Positions 38,731 through 46,146 of a stretch of 64,000 bases of DNA are shown one piece after another; positions within the stretch are counted from its first letter, which is position 1, and each line of letters opens with the position of its first letter. The notes beneath the pieces were generated by a model, which was given only the letters and a program-made list of their open reading frames with translations, ran no database searches and was not told the origin of the DNA. The position numbers were made by a program, and so were the translations under genes. Source of the stretch: a virus (lineage: Duplodnaviria; Heunggongvirae; Uroviricota; Caudoviricetes); the IMG/VR virus record IMGVR_UViG_3300021255_002784, positions 24,416-88,415 of that record; one strand, given 5' to 3'.

Positions 38731-38804
38731 GGCCTTATCGTCTAACCTGCGCAGGACGTTACTCTCTCAAGGTAAAAATCCGAGTTCGATCCTCGGTGAG
38801 GCTA
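38731..38804 (+). tRNA. tRNA-Glu (CTC)-like
   Basis: acceptor with two G.U pairs, loop CTCTCAA, D-loop without GG, T-arm CCGAG-TTCGATC-CTCGG. Confidence 0.5.
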
Positions 38805-38936
38805 CTATTGCAACTGGATTGGAAAACAGAGCACCATTCTAATCTCATGAGAGTTAGTAGGCAGGCATAGAAGATTCAGACTCTCAGACCCCGAGATAGC
38901 TCAGCTGGTTAGAGTCCAGTTCTCGGGACGCATTAT

Positions 38937-39011
38937 TGGTTCTGAGCTCGGCTGGTGCGTAGCGGCGGTCTCATAAACCGAGGGACGTGGGTTCAAATCC
39001 CACAGAGCCAA
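38937..39011 (+). tRNA. tRNA-Met (CAT), elongator-type
   Basis: loop CTCATAA, U1-A72 paired, large D-loop. Confidence 0.7.
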
Positions 39012-39086
39012 CACACAAAAAATTAAATGATCCATTAAAGATCAGAAGAGAGCTTCTATATATTATTATAGAAGAACGAAACATAC

Positions 39087-39159
39087 TGGGGTATAGTTCA
39101 GCTGGTAGAATGTTGGTCTCCAAAACCGAAGGTCGCGGGTTCGAATCCTGCTGCCCCTG
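39087..39159 (+). tRNA. tRNA-Trp (CCA)
   Basis: loop CTCCAAA, 3' CGCCCCT-like acceptor as in E. coli Trp; U1.U72 mismatch. Confidence 0.75.
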
Positions 39160-39264
39160 CTAAAGTTCGAAAGTCCTTAACGAAAGCGGTGTGATCAACA
39201 TGTCAACCTTAAACAAGTTGAAGACGCAGTGAAAATCTGACATCGTAAGAGGGAAGAACTTTTT

Positions 39265-39345
39265 ACTCCCATGCTGGAAATGGTAGACAGGCCAGACTAA
39301 GGATCTGGTGTCTTCGACGTGCGGGTTCGAGTCCCGCTGGGAGTA
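39265..39345 (+). tRNA. type-II tRNA with anticodon AAG (Leu by the code; unusual A34)
   Basis: TG + CTG/CAG D-stem as in the other Leu tRNAs, loop CTAAGGA, variable hairpin GTC-TTCG-GAC, perfect acceptor ACTCCCA/TGGGAGT. Confidence 0.6.
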
Positions 39346-39404
39346 CGTAAAACGGTAATCTAGTATACATTTGAAAAAGTTAGACTACCATTTTATTATA
39401 GATC

Positions 39405-39878
39405 ATGAGAAAAGATTTAATTGGAAGAACCCAGGATATTCTTAAATGGGTTGCTGAAGGATGGTCATTTACAGAAATGTACAAGGAACTCGGTTGTTCC
39501 CGAGATGCACTTCATTATTTCTTGAAAACCAGAAAGATCGAATATAAAGGTAATCAGAGTAGAAAAGGGAGAAAAATAGATCCTAAAAGAAAAACGGCTC
39601 TTCAACTTATAGATGGAATTGAAAATGGGCTCAGTATCGGTAATTCTACATTAAGGGACAGACTCATCCAAGACAAGCTCAAAGAATATAAGTGTGAAGT
39701 ATGTGGGGCGAATGAATGGTTCGGAAAACCCATACCGTTAGAGTTGCATCACAAGGATTTCAATCATCACAACTCTAAATTAGAAAATCTTCAAATACTA
39801 TGTCCAAATTGCCACGCATATATTCATAAATACAATATAATCACTCCTATGTTGGAAATGGTAGACAGGCCAGACTAA
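39405..39878 (+). CDS. HNH homing endonuclease (HTH + HNH) inserted in the tRNA array
   Basis: C-terminal HNH motif CEVCGANEW...LELHHKDFNHHNSKLENLQILCPNCH; the last 9 codons are encoded by a duplicated tRNA 5' half. Confidence 0.7.
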   Translation: MRKDLIGRTQDILKWVAEGWSFTEMYKELGCSRDALHYFLKTRKIEYKGNQSRKGRKIDPKRKTALQLIDGIENGLSIGNSTLRDRLIQDKLKEYKCEVCGANEWFGKPIPLELHHKDFNHHNSKLENLQILCPNCHAYIHKYNIITPMLEMVDRPD

Positions 39879-39923
39879 GGAGTTGGTGTCTTTGACGTGA
39901 GGGTTCGAGTCCCTCTTTGGGCA
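39844..39923 (+). pseudogene. chimeric/pseudo tRNA (5' half copied from the 39265 tRNA, 3' half from a different type-II tRNA)
   Basis: 33-nt near-identity to the 39265 tRNA up to the anticodon loop, then divergent 3' half with compensatory T-stem (GAGGG/CCCTC) and acceptor 3' TTTGGGC that cannot pair with the 5' end. Confidence 0.5.
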
Positions 39924-40286
39924 CAGGTCTTTGACATATTGATACCGCAAGAAAAGAATAAGTTCAAAGATTCAACACGTTTTTATGCGATTGAGTAGGC
40001 AGTTGGAATAATAAGCGTCATAAGATGAGGGAGTCGACGTTGAAATCGAATTGTTACCAGAGCAGCACTTACTGGGAGTATTAACAAAGTCTTGAAAGCT
40101 TCGAGATTTCATTGATGAACATAGCCCGAAGTCAACAAAACGAGAACGATTCAACGGGTTCGAATCCGATGAATCCAACACAAACCGGATGGTGCAACCG
40201 GATAGTCACGGGATTGAAACTTACTGAGTATGTTCCGCTTCAGAGTACTTCGGAGAACCCCTATATCTTTTAAGCGGTATCTTTTT

Positions 40287-40358
40287 GCCCCGATAGTTCA
40301 ACGGATAGAACATGTGGCTACGGACCACAGGATCCGGGTTCGAATCCTGGTCGGGGTA
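40287..40358 (+). tRNA. tRNA-Arg (ACG)
   Basis: canonical, loop CTACGGA. Confidence 0.85.
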
Positions 40359-40366
40359 CTTTTTAT

Positions 40367-40439
40367 GCGGGAGTAGCTCAGCTGGTAGAGCATCTGCCCT
40401 CCAAGCAGAGGGTCGCGAGTTCGAGTCTCGTCTCCCGCT
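40367..40439 (+). tRNA. tRNA-Gly (TCC)
   Basis: canonical arms; loop CCTCCAA (C33). Confidence 0.7.
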
Positions 40440-40514
40440 CAATCCTTCCAGGTTTAAGTTGAAAGAGCGGCCTGGTAGCTATGTTCTGGAATAGCAAAAA
40501 ACTCATCGCTCCAC

Positions 40515-40541
40515 AAGGATTTTGAAGGTTGAATCCTTTTT
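40515..40541 (+). terminator. rho-independent terminator-like hairpin inside the tRNA array
   Basis: AAGGATT-TTGAAGGTTG-AATCCTT + TTTTTT. Confidence 0.5.
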
Positions 40542-40544
40542 TAT

Positions 40545-40618
40545 GGTGTCTGTAGCTCAGCTGGTAGAGTGGAGGATTGTGGTTCCTAAGGTCGTGGGTC
40601 CGAGTCCCACCTGACACC
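40545..40618 (+). tRNA. tRNA-His (GTG) with encoded G-1
   Basis: loop TTGTGGT, extra 5' G opposite C73, T-loop TCCGAGT. Confidence 0.75.
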
Positions 40619-40638
40619 CATACACAAAACTATTCCAA

Positions 40639-41032
40639 TATGAATTTCAAAACGATAACACATCGTCAATCATGGAAAGATGCTGAAAGTATCTATATCA
40701 TGGAGAGTACAGGCGGCGCAATGATCAGAATCACCAAATACACTGATAATGAAGCCTATCTGTTATCTGACTTGTACGTCAATCCGGTATTGAGAAAACG
40801 TGGACTGGGTACTCTGATGATTGAAAGTGCTATCAAGGAGTGTCGTACTCATGCGCAGCTGAATGACATTGAGCCATGTGTCGTTGAGATGGCAGTTAAT
40901 GATCATTCCGAGAAGTTCTGTGCTGAATGGTATCAACGAATGGGGTTCGTTCTTAATAGAAGTGAAGCACCGATCGATACAACATTCGACAATGAACTTG
41001 AGTGGTGTGATATCTATAGACTCGTTGTCTGA
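40639..41032 (+). CDS. GNAT-family N-acetyltransferase
   Basis: motif A-like VNPVLRKRGLGTLMIESAI; the ORF as listed starts inside tRNA-His, so the start was moved to MNFKT. Confidence 0.55.
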
Positions 41033-41040
41033 TGTTTACA

Positions 41041-41115
41041 AGACTCCGTAACGGAGTCCCGCTGCACGGTCTCCGTGACTGCGTTAATGAAATCCGGAGG
41101 CTTTCAAGACTCCGT
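41041..41115 (+). repeat. inverted copy of the intergenic repeat cassette plus a GC-rich hairpin sub-element, abutting a tRNA 5' end
   Basis: reverse complement reads CGGAGTCTTGAAAGCCTCCGGATTTCATTAACGCAGTCACGGAGACCGTGCAGCGGGACTCCGTTA; palindrome GACTCCGTAACGGAGTC. Confidence 0.6.
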
Positions 41116-41180
41116 AGCTCAGTGTATAGAGCAGCAGTTTTCTAAACTGCCGGTCCTGGGTTAGAGTCCCAGCGGAGCCA
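41108..41180 (+). tRNA. tRNA-Arg (TCT) lacking G18G19 and C56
   Basis: loop TTTCTAA, D-loop AGTGTATA, T-loop TTAGAGT, A2.C71 mismatch; the first 15 nt are identical to tRNA-Lys. Confidence 0.6.
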
Positions 41181-41327
41181 CATTTTCTATTATTTTTTTC
41201 TTCATCAACGAAGTCCTGAAAAACTTTAGTTTTTTCACTAAATATTTTTCGTGTTTTCATATATTTATACATAACGCAGTCATAAATTCCTACGGGATTT
41301 CATTAACACTCAAAACAATATAGATAT

Positions 41328-41684
41328 ATGAAGCACATTCTTTGGATAGATGACCTGAGGGATCCACATTCTCCGAAGTGGAAAGAGTATCTCGATTATG
41401 CCGCAGAAGAGTTCTTAGATGTTCCTCTGAATGAGTGTACAGTAAGCTGGGCACGGAGCAAGAACGAGTTTATCCAGCATCTCATTCTTGAGACCTGGCC
41501 GGATCTAGTTTGTTTCGATCACGATCTCGGACTTGGTCCTACAGGGTACGACTGTGCCAAGTACTTAGTAGATATGTGCATGGAGACAGGCAATCCTCTT
41601 CCAGAGTTTGTATCCCAGTCGTCTAATCCAGTCGGGCGAGAAGACATCATTCGTTTACTTGAAAACTATAGGAAACACTTATAA
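41328..41684 (+). CDS. hypothetical protein (118 aa)
   Basis: ORF after a promoter box. Confidence 0.45.
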   Translation: MKHILWIDDLRDPHSPKWKEYLDYAAEEFLDVPLNECTVSWARSKNEFIQHLILETWPDLVCFDHDLGLGPTGYDCAKYLVDMCMETGNPLPEFVSQSSNPVGREDIIRLLENYRKHL

Positions 41685-41694
41685 TAACATTTCA

Positions 41695-42609
41695 ATGAAA
41701 AGACAAATCATTCTATTACAAGGACCGCCTCGAAGTGGTAAGACGACTTGGGCGAAAACACACTGGGACACAGCACCTCTAGATACCTACGTATATATGA
41801 TCAGCACCCACGACCTGAGCTGGAAGTCCACAGATAGGGGTTATATTATAAATACTCTGGACACTGTTCTAGAGACAGAGCGTAAAGCTATCATGGAGCG
41901 CCTCAGTTATTATGATAGAGACTGGGACATCATTGTCGACGCTTACAACGCCAATCCTAAGCGGGTTCAGGAGTTCGAAAAACTCGCGAACAAGATGGGT
42001 GCAGAATTGGTAATCAAGCAGTTCTATATTCCTTACTCTGAAAGTTACAAACGCAACAAAGAGGTTGGAGTCCATTCCAAAGAATACATTCCTCGGGACG
42101 TTTTGGCCGGGTTCTATGATACGTACTACCACGAATGGTACCGGGACGAGCTCACAGACAAGAGAGTCATCAGACAACCGGAACCTACTCTTCCTCCTTG
42201 CATCATCTGCGACCTGGATGCTACACTAGCCTTACATCAGGGACGGGAACCATTCGAATGGGACCGACTCCTGACTGACAAGATCGACCCTCGCTTGCGA
42301 GATCTGTTGAACTTCCATATGACGTCCGGCACCAAGGTGTTCTTTCTAACAGGTCGCACCCAACGCGCACGACTGGATACCTTGATGTGGTTGCAAAATC
42401 CGAAACAGGGTCTGTGTGATGGGTGGGAACTGATCACTCGCAGTCAAGGAGATTTCTCTTCGGGTGATGTATACAAACTCAAGATGTACGAGCAACTCAT
42501 ACAAGGCAAGTACAATGTACTGTGCGTCTTCGAAGACAGTAACAAGTGTGTGAAAATGTGGAGAGAACTCGGTCTCTTGACTTGCCAGGTAGCAAATTCA
42601 GAATACTAA
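41695..42609 (+). CDS. polynucleotide 5'-kinase/3'-phosphatase (T4 Pnk/PseT-like)
   Basis: N-terminal P-loop GPPRSGKTT kinase domain; C-terminal HAD phosphatase with IICDLDATLA (DxDxT). Confidence 0.65.
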   Translation: MKRQIILLQGPPRSGKTTWAKTHWDTAPLDTYVYMISTHDLSWKSTDRGYIINTLDTVLETERKAIMERLSYYDRDWDIIVDAYNANPKRVQEFEKLANKMGAELVIKQFYIPYSESYKRNKEVGVHSKEYIPRDVLAGFYDTYYHEWYRDELTDKRVIRQPEPTLPPCIICDLDATLALHQGREPFEWDRLLTDKIDPRLRDLLNFHMTSGTKVFFLTGRTQRARLDTLMWLQNPKQGLCDGWELITRSQGDFSSGDVYKLKMYEQLIQGKYNVLCVFEDSNKCVKMWRELGLLTCQVANSEY

Positions 42610-42610
42610 T

Positions 42611-42841
42611 ATGCTTGATATGACACCCGAAGAGTTCGAAGCCGAAGTGCAAGGTACCATAGGTCTCATCTGCGACTGTGTTCCGTACGACACACCTAAC
42701 TATCACGAAGAGGTTCGTAAGCTGGCTGAAGACATAGTACGCGAACTACACGATCCGGATTCGGAAACCAATCAAAAAATTGCAAGCGAACAGGTCGAAC
42801 ACGATGATATTATGTTCGATGCCGGATACATAGACTTCTAA
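42611..42841 (+). CDS. hypothetical acidic protein (76 aa)
   Basis: ORF. Confidence 0.4.
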   Translation: MLDMTPEEFEAEVQGTIGLICDCVPYDTPNYHEEVRKLAEDIVRELHDPDSETNQKIASEQVEHDDIMFDAGYIDF

Positions 42842-42963
42842 TATATGACCGAACAAGAACTCGCACTCTATCGTAAGTGTACTCGAAAGAAAAGATGTAC
42901 CAGATACGACTACGAGTCTGTCCATGAATATGATAACGAAACCAACGAAAACGATTATATACT

Positions 42964-43476
42964 ATGACAAAAGAAGAACAACGCACAAACATCCTTAATA
43001 TGCTGAGAGACAACAAGATCAACGTCAACGATGCCCTGTTGATGCTCAACCGATTAGATGAAGAGGACTCACCTGTCGGCGAAGGTGTTCCTGTAACAGC
43101 CAAAACCCAAAAATCTTATCAGGACCTGATTGAGGATATCGTGGACCAAGTCATATCTGGCATGGACATGGATCGCGTATATCAGATTATGAAAGATATG
43201 GATTGGAACTATGTGAGTAAACCTGTGACATACGATGATATCGTCGAATGTGCCAAAGATAATGTTCGACACACTCTGGAATATCTGGTGAATAATAGAA
43301 TCAAAACAGGCGACGCATCAGCCATGTCTGGTACGGGAGGGTTCTTGTGCCGAGCCTGGGTGGACGAGGATGACGAAGACAACATCCAGGTGGAACTCGG
43401 GTTCCAACCGATAACTGGGATCGGAGACGGTCATTTAGATAAGTTGGTCGCAGCCAAAATAGAAATGGCGTCGTAA
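42964..43476 (+). CDS. hypothetical protein (170 aa)
   Basis: ORF. Confidence 0.45.
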   Translation: MTKEEQRTNILNMLRDNKINVNDALLMLNRLDEEDSPVGEGVPVTAKTQKSYQDLIEDIVDQVISGMDMDRVYQIMKDMDWNYVSKPVTYDDIVECAKDNVRHTLEYLVNNRIKTGDASAMSGTGGFLCRAWVDEDDEDNIQVELGFQPITGIGDGHLDKLVAAKIEMAS

Positions 43477-43683
43477 AAAAGATCCAAACAACAAATACGC
43501 CAGGCCTAAAATCTTCGATCATTTCTATATATTATAATTGAGGATGATACCGAAGGATAGTGCCCTATAGTTTTTCTACTAAAATTAGATGTTCTTTCTT
43601 ATCTATTATATAGAAGAACAACAAATACGAGATATGCGACTTGTGCTTGCACATGAGGGACCCTATATCACGTATTTGTTATA

Positions 43684-43773
43684 TGGAGAGTTGTCAGAGT
43701 CCGGTTTATTGTGCGAATCTTGAAAATTCGTGGGCGTGATGAGCGCTCCGGGGGTTCGAATCCCTCACTCTCC
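43684..43773 (+). tRNA. tRNA-Ser (TGA), type II, with encoded CCA
   Basis: loop CTTGAAA, long variable arm, 3' ACTCTCC-T-CCA. Confidence 0.8.
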
Positions 43774-43786
43774 TCCAGAGTTATAT

Positions 43787-43874
43787 TGGTGAGTTGGCCG
43801 AGTGGCTTAAGGCGCTGGTTTGCTAAACCAGTGATCTCGAAAAGAGATCCGTAGGTTCGAATCCTGCACTCACC
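43787..43874 (+). tRNA. tRNA-Ser (GCT), type II
   Basis: loop TTGCTAA, variable hairpin GATCTC-GAAAA-GAGATC. Confidence 0.8.
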
Positions 43875-44215
43875 GCACCAGTTACTTGAGCTGGTCACCA
43901 GAAGAGTAACAGCCTTTGGACAAAGACCAATGTCGCGAAGGAGTGGTTGGAGAGGTTCTAAATACAAACCCGAGAAACCTGAAAAGGCGAAGAACGCAGT
44001 TTCCTCAAATTAGGTACCATAAGTTAGATAACACCTTAAAGCCTAATGAACATCGGTAATAATATCAATTCCACCGATAATCAAAATGGAGTGGTCGCGG
44101 CTGAGTCGAGAGAAAGCTGAGATTTATTAGAGAGCTCATATAATATCTCTTTTCGGTACGAACTTACCGTTAGTGGATGATTACCACGGGTTATACAGCC
44201 CTATCGTCTAGCGGA

Positions 44216-44288
44216 CCAGGACGCCTCTCTTTCACGGAGGAAACACGAGTTCGAATCTCGTTGGGGCTACTTGTGGGATGAGTAGCAG
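44216..44288 (+). tRNA. tRNA-Glu (TTC)
   Basis: loop CTTTCAC, canonical arms. Confidence 0.8.
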
Positions 44289-44290
44289 TG

Positions 44291-44397
44291 GTAACAAGGT
44301 CCTGAATGACCCTTGGGTCTTCGATAGCTCGCCAGGCTCATAACCTGAAGGTCGGTGGTTCGATCCCACCTCCCGCAACTACATTTTTAGAGGAGAC
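44291..44397 (+). tRNA. tRNA-Met (CAT)-like with a ~30-nt insertion in the D-arm region (or a pseudo-tRNA)
   Basis: 3' two-thirds resemble bacterial initiator/elongator Met (TAGCTCG-CCAGG-CTCATAA-CCTGA-AGGTC-GGTGG-TTCGATC-CCACC-TCCCGCA-A); the only complementary 5' acceptor (TGTGGGA) lies 107 nt upstream. Confidence 0.35.
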
Positions 44398-44407
44398 CTG
44401 TATGGTC

Positions 44408-44437
44408 TCCTTTTTTTAATGCAATCTCAAAGATACG
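44408..44437 (+). terminator. rho-independent terminator closing the tRNA array
   Basis: AGGAGACC-TGTAT-GGTCTCCT + TTTTTTT. Confidence 0.7.
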
Positions 44438-44976
44438 CAAGACTTTGTTATTATATATACATGAAGACACTGTATGAAAGCATACTGGATGCTGATACCA
44501 AAATAATGAACCGTGCTGATAAAAAAGCAGCGACATATCTGAAGCGAAAAAAGAAGATTGATCTTGTCCTGGATGCGTTTGAAGATTTGGTGATTGATTG
44601 GGGTCTCAAATTCTCACATGATGCGGATTTCGGTCCAAATCATAGTATAAATTCAAAAAAGACTATTGCTCGATACTTTAACAAACGTGGTAAAACTAAT
44701 GCCCTCAAACAAGAGTTTATGGATGGTTACCGTTTTTTGAAAGACAAATTCGTAAGCATCTGGGATGAATGTGCACCAGAGGAAAACCTGTTATTAAATG
44801 ATCCGAGTGCATCTTTTGTATTCAAAGGTCTAGGAATAAAGGTTTGGATCAGCTTGCAAATAATTGATTGGGGCGGATCGAAATCTACTTATAATCTTTT
44901 CCTTATGGCATGTTTTGACCAGAACGATAAGTATATCGAAGATGTCACCAATAAACTTATAAAGAAGATATCATGA
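44419..44976 (+). CDS. hypothetical protein (185 aa), paralog of the next gene
   Basis: shares N-terminus MKTLYESILD.DT with 44973..45464. Confidence 0.45.
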   Translation: MQSQRYARLCYYIYMKTLYESILDADTKIMNRADKKAATYLKRKKKIDLVLDAFEDLVIDWGLKFSHDADFGPNHSINSKKTIARYFNKRGKTNALKQEFMDGYRFLKDKFVSIWDECAPEENLLLNDPSASFVFKGLGIKVWISLQIIDWGGSKSTYNLFLMACFDQNDKYIEDVTNKLIKKIS

Positions 44977-45464
44977 AAACACTATACGAAAGCATATTAG
45001 ACATCGACACACCTAGTCGTTGGGAGAATGATGTAAAGGTAGGTATTAAGCGTCAAAAACACATACAAGATGTACTGAAACCTATAGAGGATATCATTAA
45101 GATGTATCATTATAGTACTCAGAGTATTAGGACAAATAATACTGATATATATGGATTATCTGGGAATGTATATTGGTATGAATTTACGTCCACCGGAAAA
45201 CTGGCGCAAGACAAAAAGGGTGTGGGTGTATTACAAAGTATACTGAAACAAGATTATCGCAAATACAGACCAAAAAATATAAACGATTCGAACTCACCAG
45301 TCTTTCCGATGTCTCAATTTATTTTTGAAGATTTGGGTATGTCTATAGTTATATTCGTTGTGGACCACACTGGCGTAAACATTCGCCTATGTTATCAATC
45401 AGATAACAAGCAAACAGGTAAGTACATACAAGATCTGGTGGACAAATATACAGAACCATTCTAA
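44973..45464 (+). CDS. hypothetical protein (163 aa), tandem paralog
   Basis: see the paralog entry above. Confidence 0.45.
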   Translation: MKTLYESILDIDTPSRWENDVKVGIKRQKHIQDVLKPIEDIIKMYHYSTQSIRTNNTDIYGLSGNVYWYEFTSTGKLAQDKKGVGVLQSILKQDYRKYRPKNINDSNSPVFPMSQFIFEDLGMSIVIFVVDHTGVNIRLCYQSDNKQTGKYIQDLVDKYTEPF

Positions 45465-45496
45465 TCAGAAGACATAAACGGAAATATCAATAAACT

Positions 45497-45531
45497 AAAA
45501 AAGATCGCTTTTAACGAGCGATCTTTTTTTA
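45497..45531. terminator. bidirectional terminator between convergent gene blocks
   Basis: AAAAAGATCGCT-TTTAAC-GAGCGATCTTTTTTT. Confidence 0.65.
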
Positions 45532-45594
45532 GCTATATAATTTATTAGTTTTGATATTTTATCTCATTATACGCGAAATATATACGATTTATGC

Positions 45595-46143
45595 TTATTC
45601 TTCCTCAGGGATGGTAACGTCATCATCATCCACATTACTCATATCCTCGATGAATGCTTTAGAACCACGATGTATGCTGGCTTGTTGACCATTTTCTGGT
45701 TGTGCTTCTTGTTGAGGTTCAAAATTTATCTCCATTTGATAAGCTTTCATCATAGCATTGAGACGCTGAATAGTCTCCTCTATCTTGGATGTGATATTAA
45801 GGATGGTACGCTGGGTCTCGGTCAGGGCGCGGTACAGACTAGCGTTACCAGGGTTACATCCGATGTTCTTTAGAAGGATGTCATGCGCCTGCTCATCAGC
45901 CTTACGCATCTTGAGATTGATACGTATAGACTCCAAGTCTGCATCTACCCGTTTCTTAAAAGCTGGATGTTCCTTCATGAAATCAGGATCGTAGTAGAAA
46001 CGTGATATGTCTGTAATAAGCTGATGGGCCTCGTCCTTAGACTCCTCACCAATCGCATCGATATCAATGTTTACTATTTGATCCGGATCGATTAAATCTG
46101 TAACCTGCTTTTCCGCCTGTTCAAATATATCATCCATGTCCAT
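45595..46143 (-). CDS. hypothetical acidic protein (182 aa)
   Basis: minus-strand ORF. Confidence 0.45.
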   Translation of the reverse strand: MDMDDIFEQAEKQVTDLIDPDQIVNIDIDAIGEESKDEAHQLITDISRFYYDPDFMKEHPAFKKRVDADLESIRINLKMRKADEQAHDILLKNIGCNPGNASLYRALTETQRTILNITSKIEETIQRLNAMMKAYQMEINFEPQQEAQPENGQQASIHRGSKAFIEDMSNVDDDDVTIPEEE

Positions 46144-46146
46144 GAT

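Noticed and set aside
38052-38870. Small + and - ORFs (38052-38243, 38119-38487, 38661-38870) in the tRNA array
   Set aside because: They overlap tRNA-Gly, Cys and Glu and the spacers, and lack promoter boxes; spurious.
40577-40638. Annotated ORF start at 40577 for the GNAT gene
   Set aside because: Those first ~20 codons translate the tRNA-His sequence; the first ATG after the tRNA (40639, MNFKT) is the likely start.
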